Below are positions 1 through 12,412 of a stretch of DNA of 64,000 bases, piece by piece. The stretch spans positions 140-64,139 of the forward strand of contig CALVSB010000007.1 in assembly GCA_944358895.1 (NCBI GenBank). The letters are read 5' to 3'. Below the pieces are notes generated by a model. That model was not told where the DNA came from. It ran no database searches and saw nothing but the letters and a program-made list of their open reading frames with translations. The translations under genes were made by a program, and so were the position numbers. The number at the start of each line of letters is the position of its first letter. The stretch's first letter is position 1. Source of the DNA: an uncultured Bacilli bacterium (GTDB taxonomy: Bacteria; Bacillota_I; Bacilli_A; RFN20; CAG-826).

Positions 1-182
1 AGGCACTTCCTGACCGCGACCTCGCTTTGCTCGTTGAGGTAGCCATGGGCCGTGTCGAAGTAGTTGTAGCCCTCCTCCAGGAAACGGTCGACCATCCGGC
101 TGACCAAGTCGAAGTCGATCTCGCCGTCCTTATACGGCAGCCTCATCATCCCGAAGCCGAGCTTTCCCTTTGCGCGTTCCAT
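1..182 (-). CDS. aldo/keto reductase, N-terminal fragment (gene continues past the left edge)
   Basis: Manual minus-strand translation from ATG (182..180) gives MERAKGKLGFGMMRLPYKDGEIDFDLVSRMVDRFLEEGYNYFDTAHGYLNEQSEVAVRKC, open to position 1. LGFGMMRLP and NYFDTAxxY..SE are typical AKR N-terminal motifs. AGGAG SD (complement of 190-194) lies 7 nt upstream. Confidence 0.6.
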   Translation of the reverse strand, partial: MERAKGKLGFGMMRLPYKDGEIDFDLVSRMVDRFLEEGYNYFDTAHGYLNEQSEVAVRKC

Positions 183-203
183 GTTTTTTCTCCTTTATTC
201 AAT

Positions 204-225
204 AAAAGCCCGCAAAAGCGGGCTT
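204..225 (-). terminator. rho-independent terminator of the atp operon
   Basis: Stem GCCCGC (208-213), loop AAAA, stem GCGGGC (218-223). On the minus strand it is followed by a T-run, just downstream of the atpC stop (231). Confidence 0.6.
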
Positions 226-230
226 ATCGT

Positions 231-4402
<4,172 letters not shown>

Positions 4403-4404
4403 AG

Positions 4405-4941
4405 TTAATCCTCCTCCGCCAAAAGCTTCTTCCGCTCCGCGTCGAGCTTCCCTTCGAGGGAACGCTCGATGAGGCGGCCGTCGATGTAGATCCGGTAGCC
4501 CCCGATGAGGGCGGGGTCGATTTTGTAGTCAAGGCGAGCCTTCTCGCCTCCGAGGGCATTCCTCAGTTCGTCTTTTTCCTTCGATGAAAGCGGCCGGGCT
4601 GAGTAGACAAGGCCCCGCCTGTATCCGTGCTTGAGGTCATAAGGCCGGCGGAAACCTTCCCTCGCCTCTTCCGGGTCGAAAGCGGAACGGGCCTTCCTGA
4701 ACGCAACCCCGGCCCAGGCCTTGAAGTAGCCGGGGGCGGAGGCGAGGAGGCGGTCGAGCTTTTCCTTTTTCCGCCTCCCATCGACCGCTGGGCTATTGAG
4801 GTAGGAAAGGAGAAGCGGTTCGGCCTCAAGGACGTCGAGGAAAGACTTGAGGGCCTGGTAGGCTTCCTCTTCCTTTCCCCGCTCCTTGCTATAAAGGTAG
4901 AGGGCTTCGCCAATGGAAAATGAAGCGCTACTTCTCTTCAT
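4405..4941 (-). CDS. atpH: F1 ATP synthase delta (OSCP) subunit
   Basis: 178 aa between atpF and atpA. C-terminal ALIGGYRIYIDGRLIERSLEGKL matches the delta/OSCP consensus. Confidence 0.85.
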   Translation of the reverse strand: MKRSSASFSIGEALYLYSKERGKEEEAYQALKSFLDVLEAEPLLLSYLNSPAVDGRRKKEKLDRLLASAPGYFKAWAGVAFRKARSAFDPEEAREGFRRPYDLKHGYRRGLVYSARPLSSKEKDELRNALGGEKARLDYKIDPALIGGYRIYIDGRLIERSLEGKLDAERKKLLAEED

Positions 4942-5470
4942 GCTTCAGTTCCTCGGCCACCGCTTCCCGGATGGCCGCGTCTTCTTTTTCGCTGAGGCTC
5001 CGCCCAAGGGCTTTCTTGGCCGAAGCCGTGGCCGTGACGATAATGGCTTCCTTCATCTCGCCCTCGGCCTTCTTTTTGGCCTCGGCGATGTCTTTTTCGG
5101 CTTCGAGCTTGAGCGAGCGGGCCTCTTTTTCGGCCGCGCCCACGATCATGGCCGCGCGCTTGCTGGCATCGTCCTTGCTCGAAGCGATGATCTTGTTCCC
5201 TTCTTCCCGCGCTTCCGCGAGAATCGAGTCCTTCTTCCGAAGGGTCTTCTCGACTTCTTCCTTCCCCCGCTCGGAGGAACGAATGTTCCCCTCAATGTAG
5301 TCCTTGCGGGCCTTCACGAATTTCTTCACCGGCTTGTAGGCAATGAAGTAAAGGGCCACGAAAAGGACGACAAGCGCCAGAAGATTGATGAGGAAGCTCC
5401 AAAGGTTGGGGACGAGCTTCCCGATGAAATCGCCCGCATCGAACGGGGCGTCATCGAGGAAGAGCGCCAC
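4928..5470 (-). CDS. atpF: Fo ATP synthase b subunit
   Basis: 180 aa. One N-terminal TM helix (LLALVVLFVALYFIAY), then a long charged helix rich in A/E/K. Positioned between atpE and atpH. Confidence 0.85.
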   Translation of the reverse strand: MALFLDDAPFDAGDFIGKLVPNLWSFLINLLALVVLFVALYFIAYKPVKKFVKARKDYIEGNIRSSERGKEEVEKTLRKKDSILAEAREEGNKIIASSKDDASKRAAMIVGAAEKEARSLKLEAEKDIAEAKKKAEGEMKEAIIVTATASAKKALGRSLSEKEDAAIREAVAEELKHEEK

Positions 5471-5473
5471 GGC

Positions 5474-5713
5474 TTAGGCTCTCCCGCCGAGAACGAAAAT
5501 GATGAGGATGGCGATGACGAGGCAGTAGATGGCCGTCGATTCGTCCAGAGCGACGGCAAGAACCATCGTTGACTGCAGCTTCTTCTGCATTTCGGGCTGC
5601 CGGGCCATCGCCTTGATGGCCGAGGAGCAAATGATAGCCTCCCCGATGGCGGATAGGCAGCCGATGCCGACGGCAATCGCCGCCGCGATCGCGATAATAC
5701 CCAAATCTGTCAT
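5474..5713 (-). CDS. atpE: Fo ATP synthase c subunit (proteolipid), Na+-type ion-site signature
   Basis: 79-aa helical hairpin with ARQPE loop. Helix 1 has IGEAII and helix 2 has ALDESTAIYCLVIAI. Confidence 0.92.
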   Translation of the reverse strand: MTDLGIIAIAAAIAVGIGCLSAIGEAIICSSAIKAMARQPEMQKKLQSTMVLAVALDESTAIYCLVIAILIIFVLGGRA

Positions 5714-5739
5714 AAGTACCTCCTTTGGGCAACCTCCCC

Positions 5740-6615
5740 CTACCTGGTTTCCGCGGCCGCCGGGCGCTCGCGGTCGAGGAGGGCCGGGGAGCTTTCTTCG
5801 CTCACCGGGCGCTCAGCCGCGATCCAGACGGCGTTCAGGGAGCAGAAAACAAGCGTCTGCACCCCGCCGGAAAAGAGGGAAAAGTATAAATTGAGGACCC
5901 CGATCGGTATCGGGGCGAGCCAAATCTGGGTCCAGACGGTCGATTGGTCGGGGTCCCAGAGTGGGAAATAATGGGCTTGGGCCATGGCCGTCAGGCTTCC
6001 GAAGAGGACGCCCGAGAGATTCGAGAGGGCCCATTGGATAATGCCGATGATGATGGTGCCGGAAAGGGCGTTCCCGAATAGACGCATCGTCGTCGAGAGG
6101 ATCGGGCTCCACATCGTGATGAGGTTGACCGGGAGGAAGACGGCAATCGGCTCAACGTAGCGATGGAAATAGCTCCAGCGGCTCCATTTGAGGCCTTGGT
6201 ACTGGATGATCGCGAACATGATGATGGCAAGTGAGAGAGGCGCGGCCAGCCAGTCGATGACGCTTGGAAGGCCGAAAAGCGAAAAGTTGAAGGCAATGAA
6301 AAGGTAGGCAAAGAGGGTGAAGAAATAGCCGCCCCAAGGCTCGAACACCTCGTAGCCCATCGTGTTGACGGCGAAATGGTCGACGAAGTTGACGTACTGC
6401 TCGGCGTAGAACATGAGGCCGGAGGGGCGCTTTTTGTATTCCTCGTTCTTGAGGGCCTTCCTAGCCCGAAGGCCGACAATGGCCCCAAGGACAAGGAGAA
6501 CGACCATCACGATGAGGGAAGAAACGAGGGCCGGCTCGATCTCAAAGTCGAGCATGTGCGCGACTTTTTCGTCGATCGTCTCATAAAGCAGGGCCGGCAC
6601 CGTCGTCATGGTCAT
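5740..6615 (-). CDS. atpB: Fo ATP synthase a subunit
   Basis: 291-aa polytopic membrane protein. MRLFGNALSG contains the essential Arg motif of subunit a. Positioned upstream of atpE. Confidence 0.9.
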   Translation of the reverse strand: MTMTTVPALLYETIDEKVAHMLDFEIEPALVSSLIVMVVLLVLGAIVGLRARKALKNEEYKKRPSGLMFYAEQYVNFVDHFAVNTMGYEVFEPWGGYFFTLFAYLFIAFNFSLFGLPSVIDWLAAPLSLAIIMFAIIQYQGLKWSRWSYFHRYVEPIAVFLPVNLITMWSPILSTTMRLFGNALSGTIIIGIIQWALSNLSGVLFGSLTAMAQAHYFPLWDPDQSTVWTQIWLAPIPIGVLNLYFSLFSGGVQTLVFCSLNAVWIAAERPVSEESSPALLDRERPAAAETR

Positions 6616-7139
6616 TCCTTGGTTTCACTCTTATCAGCTGGCTTGTCGCTCACGAGGCGCAGATCGAGGAAATGGGCCAGGAGGGAGACGACGGTGAGCG
6701 GGGCAAGGCCCCCGAACGCCGTCCAGAAGTTGAAAGCGTCGAAGCCGCCGAACCACTCGCTTCGGAAGGTGCAGATCCCGGCGACGACAAGGACCCCGGC
6801 ATAAAGGAGGATGCGGAGGAAATTGAAGGCCAAAGTCAGGGCGAGGCTACCGGCCGGAATGTCGTCTTTCCTCAGGAGCGCCCGGGCTCCGAACGTCATG
6901 CTCCAGTAAGCCAAAAGGCCGGCAAGGCTCCCGAGCAGCCAGCCGAGGGGATAGGCCCCGAGGGGATAGCCGTCAGCGGCATGGAAGAAAAAGAGCGGCA
7001 GCATCGCGAGGAACGGCACAATCGTAAGAAAAGCCAAAATGACGAGGGACTTGCCCTCGGGGCTCGAGGCAAGGAAGCGTTTGACCAATTTGTTCATGCT
7101 AACAGGTTTAGGATAGGTCAATGGGGTCGAATTTTTCAA
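6612..7139 (-). CDS. AtpI-like small membrane protein (first gene of the atp operon)
   Basis: Four predicted TM helices, overlapping the atpB start by 4 nt. The track start is TTG (7139); the ATG at 7097 (MNKLVKRF) is an alternative. Function inferred from position only. Confidence 0.5.
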   Translation of the reverse strand: MKNSTPLTYPKPVSMNKLVKRFLASSPEGKSLVILAFLTIVPFLAMLPLFFFHAADGYPLGAYPLGWLLGSLAGLLAYWSMTFGARALLRKDDIPAGSLALTLAFNFLRILLYAGVLVVAGICTFRSEWFGGFDAFNFWTAFGGLAPLTVVSLLAHFLDLRLVSDKPADKSETKE

Positions 7140-7190
7140 GCGCTAGCGCGTAAAATAGAGACCCGGCCGGAAAGCGAACCATGAAAGCGC

Positions 7191-7219
7191 TTGCATAGAT
7201 CTTGCCCCGCCCATAAAAT
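7191..7219 (+). promoter_or_regulatory. sigma70-type promoter for the nucleoside kinase gene
   Basis: TTGCAT (7191-7196), 17-nt spacer, TAAAAT (7214-7219). AAAGGAGG SD follows, then ATG at 7249. Confidence 0.4.
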
Positions 7220-7248
7220 GAGCGGCTAAACACGCAAAGGAGGCAATT

Positions 7249-8901
7249 ATGCCATTCACGATAAAATGCCAAGGCCAGGAAAAGACCTACGACGAAAAGC
7301 TCTCCCTCCTCACCCTCGAAAGGGATTTCGGGATCGAGCCGGAGCACTTCATCGCCGCCATGGTCAACAACCGGGTCCGCGACCTCAACTACGAGGTCTA
7401 CTACGACGCCGAAGTCGAGTTCCTCGACCTCTGCGACCACGAAGCCATGAAGATCTACGAGGCCACCCTCCGCTACATCGTGGCCATGGCTTTCCACAAC
7501 CTCTACCCCGAGCTGAAGATCCGCTTCGCCTATAACGTGAGCCGCTGCATCAGCGTCCACCTCATCGATTCGAAGATGGTGGCCAACACGGCGATGCTCC
7601 TCAAGGTCAACCACGAGGTCGAACGGATCGTCGCCGCCGACTATCCGATCACCCGAACGGTCGTGCCCAACGAAAAAGCGGCCGAAATCTACCGCGAAAG
7701 GGGCTTCGACGACAAGATTTCGCTCTTGGCCTACCGCCCCGAGAAGACCGTCCACCTCAACGAGTGCAACGGCTACGTCGACTACATGTACAGCCACCTA
7801 GCCCCCTCGACCGGCTACATCAAGGACTACAAGATCCGCCTCTATGCCCCGGGCTTCCTCGTCCAGTACCCGCGCTCGGAGTGCGGCGGCAAGATCCCGC
7901 CCTTCGAGGATGCCCCGACCTTCGGCCGCACCCTCAAGGAAAGCCACGACTGGGCCAAGATCGCCGGTATCGACACGGTGGCCAAGATCAACCACGAGAT
8001 CGAGCATAACGGGAGCGTCGAGTTCATCAACATCTGCGAAGCCCGCCACAACCGGATGCTCGCCGAGCTCGGCCAGCTCATCGAAGACGACATCGAGGAC
8101 ATCCGCCTCGTTTGCATCGCCGGGCCCTCGAGCTCGGGCAAGACGACCTTCGCCAATCGCCTCCGGATCGAGCTCCTCTCCCGCGGCATCCATCCGATCC
8201 GCATCTCGATCGACGACTACTACAAGACCCGTGGGGAAGCCCCGCTCGACGAAAGCGGGAAGCCCGACCTCGAATCGATCGGGGCCCTCGACACCGAGCT
8301 TTTCAACCAGAACATGCTCGACCTCATCAACGGGGAGGAAGTCCAGCTCCCGAAGTTCGACTTCAAGGTCGGCCACCGGGTCCCCGGGCGCAAACTCCGG
8401 GTCCATCAAGACGAGCCGATCATCATCGAAGGCATCCACGCCCTGAACGATCTCCTCACCCCGTCGATCTCCAAAGCCAACAAGTTCAAGATCTTCATCT
8501 CGCCCCAGGCCCAGATCAACCTCGACGACCATAACCCGCTTTCCCTCACCGACCTCCGGCTCATCCGCCGCCTCGTCCGCGACTACAAGTTCCGGGCGGC
8601 CCCGGCTGAAGAGACGTTCTCCATGTGGGACAACGTCAGGGCCGGCGAGTTCAAATGGATCTATCCCTTCCAGGAAGGAAGCGACTTCGTGTTCAATTCC
8701 TTCCTCCCCTACGAGCTGGCCGTCATGCGGAAGTACGCCCTGCCGCTTCTAAGCAACATCGACAAGGAAAGCCCCTACTTCCCGTTGGCCGAGCGCCTCA
8801 TCCGGATGATGAAGTTCTTCCTCGACATGAAGGACGAATGGGTCCCGAGCAACTCGCTCATGCGCGAGTTCATCGGTGGCAGCTGCTACGCTGACGTCTG
8901 A
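7249..8901 (+). CDS. nucleoside (uridine-type) kinase with N-terminal ThrRS/TGS-like domain
   Basis: 550 aa. P-loop GPSSSGKTTFANRL and uridine-kinase/PRK-like C-terminal half (IIIEGIHALND). The long N-terminal extension is typical of this Bacillota fusion. Confidence 0.8.
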   Translation: MPFTIKCQGQEKTYDEKLSLLTLERDFGIEPEHFIAAMVNNRVRDLNYEVYYDAEVEFLDLCDHEAMKIYEATLRYIVAMAFHNLYPELKIRFAYNVSRCISVHLIDSKMVANTAMLLKVNHEVERIVAADYPITRTVVPNEKAAEIYRERGFDDKISLLAYRPEKTVHLNECNGYVDYMYSHLAPSTGYIKDYKIRLYAPGFLVQYPRSECGGKIPPFEDAPTFGRTLKESHDWAKIAGIDTVAKINHEIEHNGSVEFINICEARHNRMLAELGQLIEDDIEDIRLVCIAGPSSSGKTTFANRLRIELLSRGIHPIRISIDDYYKTRGEAPLDESGKPDLESIGALDTELFNQNMLDLINGEEVQLPKFDFKVGHRVPGRKLRVHQDEPIIIEGIHALNDLLTPSISKANKFKIFISPQAQINLDDHNPLSLTDLRLIRRLVRDYKFRAAPAEETFSMWDNVRAGEFKWIYPFQEGSDFVFNSFLPYELAVMRKYALPLLSNIDKESPYFPLAERLIRMMKFFLDMKDEWVPSNSLMREFIGGSCYADV

Positions 8902-8918
8902 TCGTAACTTTTGCCAAA

Positions 8919-8946
8919 AGAGGCCGCAAAAGCGGCTTCTTTTTTT
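8919..8946 (+). terminator. rho-independent terminator
   Basis: GAGGCCGC, loop AAAA, GCGGCTTC hairpin followed by TTTTTTT, 18 nt after the stop. Confidence 0.6.
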
Positions 8947-8955
8947 GCGATTTCG

Positions 8956-8984
8956 TTGAAGAATCCCCTTTTTCTATCTAAACT
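8956..8984 (+). promoter_or_regulatory. promoter ending 6 nt before ATG (leaderless candidate)
   Basis: TTGAAG (8956-8961), 17-nt spacer, TAAACT (8979-8984). ATG at 8991 with no SD. Confidence 0.4.
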
Positions 8985-8990
8985 CGACGT

Positions 8991-9707
8991 ATGAAGCAAA
9001 CCCTTGGTCTCGTTTCGCGCCTCCGCCTCTACCTCGGCCTCCTATGGAAGATTGCTATCATCATGGTCGGAGGAGTCGGGATTCTCCTCAATCTCGAGAA
9101 TGCCGGGGACTTCATGAACGGGTCCTATCTCTTCTATTACTTCACCATCCTGTCGAACCTCGTCATGATGGCCTCGGCGATCCTTTTCATCGTCATCGAC
9201 ATCGTCTCGCTTGAACGCGGGGAGGAAGCCAAGCTGACTTTCTTCCGCCTCTTCCGCCTGGCCTCGGCCGTCGCGGTCGCCCTCACGATGGCTGTCTTCT
9301 TCGCCTTCCTCCTCCCGAGTTCCGGCCCGGGGTACGCCGAAAGCCCGGCCAATCTGACCGTTCACTTGATCCTCCCCCTTCTCGGGATGCTCGACTTCAT
9401 CGTCTTCGAAGGAGCGAAGACCCGCCTTCTCCAAGCCTTGGCCGGGACGGCCTTCCCGCTTCTTTATCTCGTGTTTGTCTATGCGGTGGCCGGTCCCCTC
9501 GGCCTCGCCTTCGATCCCTCGGGCGCCAAGGTCCCCTACTTCTTCCTCGATTACCGAAAGCTCGGCTGGTTCGATCTCGGCAGCGGCAACCTCGACTTCG
9601 GGGTTTTCTACTGGATCCTCATCCTCCTAGCCATCGTCCTCGCCATCTCCATCCTGCTCGTCGCCCTCCAAAAGCTCTTGCACCTAAAGAAAAAGCGCTC
9701 CGCCTAG
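8991..9707 (+). CDS. polytopic membrane protein (possibly Pr6Pr family)
   Basis: 238 aa with about six hydrophobic helices. The YFTILSNL motif recalls Pr6Pr-family membrane proteins; this assignment is tentative. Confidence 0.65.
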   Translation: MKQTLGLVSRLRLYLGLLWKIAIIMVGGVGILLNLENAGDFMNGSYLFYYFTILSNLVMMASAILFIVIDIVSLERGEEAKLTFFRLFRLASAVAVALTMAVFFAFLLPSSGPGYAESPANLTVHLILPLLGMLDFIVFEGAKTRLLQALAGTAFPLLYLVFVYAVAGPLGLAFDPSGAKVPYFFLDYRKLGWFDLGSGNLDFGVFYWILILLAIVLAISILLVALQKLLHLKKKRSA

Positions 9708-9727
9708 GAGCGCTCCCTCGCCCCGCC

Positions 9728-10852
9728 CTAACGCGGGGCCTTTTCTTTGCTCGGGAGGGCGACGAAGCGCTTCTTCGTCTTCTCGTAGCTGGCCACGATT
9801 TCCCCGTAGTAGGCCTTGCGGAGGCTTTCGTAGCGTCTCTTCGCCTCGGGGGAGGCGGTCGCGAGATACAAAGAAGCGAAGATCTTCTCGAGGCGGAAGA
9901 AGCTTTCGTAGAGGCTTAAGAGGGTGATGAGAAGGAAGTAGGACTTCCGGCTATAGATGAGAAGGGGCGAGGAATGGGCGATCTCGCTGCTCATCTCGTA
10001 GACCTTGCTGTAGCTATGGAGGCCGGCGATCCGCTCGACCCCGTCGCGGAAGTTGAGCTTGAAGCCCTCCGTCGCCTCGGCCCCGTCGATCTCGTAGAGC
10101 CAGCCGTACTCGATGAAGCGCTTCATGTCCTTGCTCTTGAGACCGTGGGCCCGCATCTCCTCCTTGATCTCGAGAAAGACCTTGTCGGTCTCCTCCTTGC
10201 TTTGGATGGCTCCCCGGAAGGCGAGGGCATACTGGAGGTGCCTGAGATAGGACTGGACGGCCTTCTCCCCGGCCCCGACGAGGGCAAGGAGGATGCATTC
10301 GTTCTCGTGGAGGGTCCGCCAGGTCGAGAAAGCTTCCGTCTCGTAGCCCCCGACGAGGAGCTCGAGGATGCAACGCGCCATCGATAGCCCCTTGGAAAGG
10401 ATGTCGACGAAGAGGGTTTCCCGGGGATCGCCCTTCTTTTTTCCCCGAAGGGTACCGAGGATGAAGTTGAGATAGAGCGAAAGGGTCGACACTTCCGGCA
10501 TGTAAGGGGAAAGGAGGGAGCCTTCGCTATAGGAGAGATGCTCGTTGGTGTAGTACTTGTCGAGGGCATAGGAAACGATGAAGGAAGCGTAGGAGGGGTC
10601 GTCCTTCAGTTCGGCCTCCTTCTTGTCGGGATGGGTTTGGAGATAGAAAGTGTGTTCCCCGACGAGGTAGAAGATGATCTTGGCCGGGCTATAGGCAAAG
10701 CGGGCCAGGACCGGCGACTGGCTCGAAAGGGTCGGGATCGCCCCGAAAGCGGCTTCCGAAAGCTCGTAAAGGAAGCCGACGTCCCCTTTGTAGGTGGGAA
10801 GGGCGACTTTCAGGAAGTCAAGAAACGATTCCTTGGAAAACTTGCGTTCCAT
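9728..10852 (-). CDS. hypothetical helical protein, translationally coupled to glpK
   Basis: 374-aa ORF. Its ATG (10852) lies 1 nt after the glpK stop, with GAGGAGG inside the glpK 3' end. I recognise no family motif. Confidence 0.7.
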   Translation of the reverse strand: MERKFSKESFLDFLKVALPTYKGDVGFLYELSEAAFGAIPTLSSQSPVLARFAYSPAKIIFYLVGEHTFYLQTHPDKKEAELKDDPSYASFIVSYALDKYYTNEHLSYSEGSLLSPYMPEVSTLSLYLNFILGTLRGKKKGDPRETLFVDILSKGLSMARCILELLVGGYETEAFSTWRTLHENECILLALVGAGEKAVQSYLRHLQYALAFRGAIQSKEETDKVFLEIKEEMRAHGLKSKDMKRFIEYGWLYEIDGAEATEGFKLNFRDGVERIAGLHSYSKVYEMSSEIAHSSPLLIYSRKSYFLLITLLSLYESFFRLEKIFASLYLATASPEAKRRYESLRKAYYGEIVASYEKTKKRFVALPSKEKAPR

Positions 10853-10853
10853 C

Positions 10854-12338
10854 TTACCTCCTCGGCTTGAAGGCCCTGGTTGCCTTCACGGCCTGCAGCC
10901 AACCGTCGTAGAGGCGGCGGGCTTCTTCCTCGGAAATCGAGGGAACGTAGCGCCGGGCGAACTTCCGATGGGCGAAAAGCTCTCCCTCGTCATGGTAGAA
11001 GCCGGTCGCGAGGCCAGCCATGTAGGCCGCTCCGAGGGCGGTCGTCTCGATTTGCTCGGGAACGAGGATCTCGCTCCGGAGGATGTCGGCCTGGAACTGC
11101 ATGAGAAGGGCATCGCTCGAGGCCCCGCCGTCGACCTTGAGGGTCGTGAGGGGGAGGCCGGTTTCCTTTTTCATCAGCTCGATGACGTCCATCGACTGGT
11201 AGGCGATCGAATAGAGGGCGGCCCGGGTTATGTTATGGCGGTCGCTTCCGCGGGTCAGCCCGAAGACGGCTCCCCTGGCTTCATCGTCCCAGTACGGAGT
11301 CCCGAGGCCGACGAAGGCCGGGACGACATATACCCCGCCGGTGTCGGGCCGGCGGAGCGAGTACTCCTCGACGTCGGAGGACTTCTTGAACCAGTTCATC
11401 TCGTCCCGAAGCCACTGGACGACGGCCCCGCCGACGAGGACGGATCCCTCGAGGGCGTAGCTAGCCTTGCCCTTCCGGAGTGCCGCGACCGTCGTGAGGA
11501 GCCCTCCTTTGGTAAGGACGGGCTTTCCGCCGGTATGCATGAGCATGAAGCAACCGGTCCCGTAGGTGTTCTTCCCTTCCCCGGGGCGGAGGCAGCCTTG
11601 CCCGAAGAGGGCGCTTTGCTGGTCGCCGATGATGCCGCGGATATGGATGTGGCAATCGAAGAAGGTGGCCTCGCCATAGTCGTCGTCGCAGTTCCTGACG
11701 TCGGGGAGCATCGAACGGGGAACGGCGAAAAGCTTCAGCAAATCCTCGTCATATTGAAGGGTATTGATGTTATAGAGCATCGTCCTCGAGGCATTGGTCG
11801 CATCCGTGAGGAAGCTTTTTCCCTTCGTCATCTTGTAGACGAGGAAGGAGTCGATCGTCCCGAAGGCGAGTTCGCCCCGCCGGGCCCGTTCCTCGGCCCC
11901 CGGCACCTTTTCGAGGATGTAGCGGATCTTGGAAGCGCTGAAATAAGGATTGATGAGGAGGCCGGTTCGCTCGCGGATGAATTCCTCTTTCCCTTTGTAG
12001 CGGTCGCAGATCGCGGCGCTGGCCTTCGACTGCCAGACGATGGCATTGTAGATCGGGCGCCCGGTCTTCTTTTCGTAGACGACGGTCGTCTCCCGCTGGT
12101 TGGTGATGCCGATCGAGTCGATGTCGTCCCAGGTGGCCCCGGAAACGATCATGATTTCGTTGATGACGTCGACCGTCGAGATCCAGATCCGCTCGGCGTC
12201 GAGCTCCACCTCCCCGGGCCGGGGGTAGATGGGCTCGAGCTCGCGGCTTGCTTTGTAACGGGCGATCCCGTCTTGGTCGACGAGAAGGGCCCTCGTCGAA
12301 GTCGTCCCTTGGTCAAGGGAGAGAACGTATTTTTTCAT
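10854..12338 (-). CDS. glpK: glycerol kinase
   Basis: 494 aa. LSLDQGTTSTRALL and GAAYMAGLATGF are FGGY-kinase/GlpK motifs, with end-to-end similarity to GlpK. Confidence 0.97.
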   Translation of the reverse strand: MKKYVLSLDQGTTSTRALLVDQDGIARYKASRELEPIYPRPGEVELDAERIWISTVDVINEIMIVSGATWDDIDSIGITNQRETTVVYEKKTGRPIYNAIVWQSKASAAICDRYKGKEEFIRERTGLLINPYFSASKIRYILEKVPGAEERARRGELAFGTIDSFLVYKMTKGKSFLTDATNASRTMLYNINTLQYDEDLLKLFAVPRSMLPDVRNCDDDYGEATFFDCHIHIRGIIGDQQSALFGQGCLRPGEGKNTYGTGCFMLMHTGGKPVLTKGGLLTTVAALRKGKASYALEGSVLVGGAVVQWLRDEMNWFKKSSDVEEYSLRRPDTGGVYVVPAFVGLGTPYWDDEARGAVFGLTRGSDRHNITRAALYSIAYQSMDVIELMKKETGLPLTTLKVDGGASSDALLMQFQADILRSEILVPEQIETTALGAAYMAGLATGFYHDEGELFAHRKFARRYVPSISEEEARRLYDGWLQAVKATRAFKPRR

Positions 12339-12345
12339 TTGCCTA

Positions 12346-12374
12346 ATTATCTTGCCTTATGCCCCTTAAGTAAA
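12346..12374 (-). promoter_or_regulatory. glpK promoter (leaderless candidate)
   Basis: Minus strand: TTTACT (12374..12369), 17-nt spacer, GATAAT (12351..12346). ATG at 12338 is 7 nt downstream with no SD. Confidence 0.45.
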
Positions 12375-12383
12375 CGCGCGGGG

Positions 12384-12410
12384 AAAAAGAAAAGAGGGCC
12401 GCGGCCCTCT
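12384..12410 (-). terminator. rho-independent terminator after pepP
   Basis: AGAGGGCC/GGCCCTCT palindrome (12393-12410), followed on the minus strand by TTTCTTTTT. It sits directly after the stop at 12413. Confidence 0.6.
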
Positions 12411-12412
12411 CT

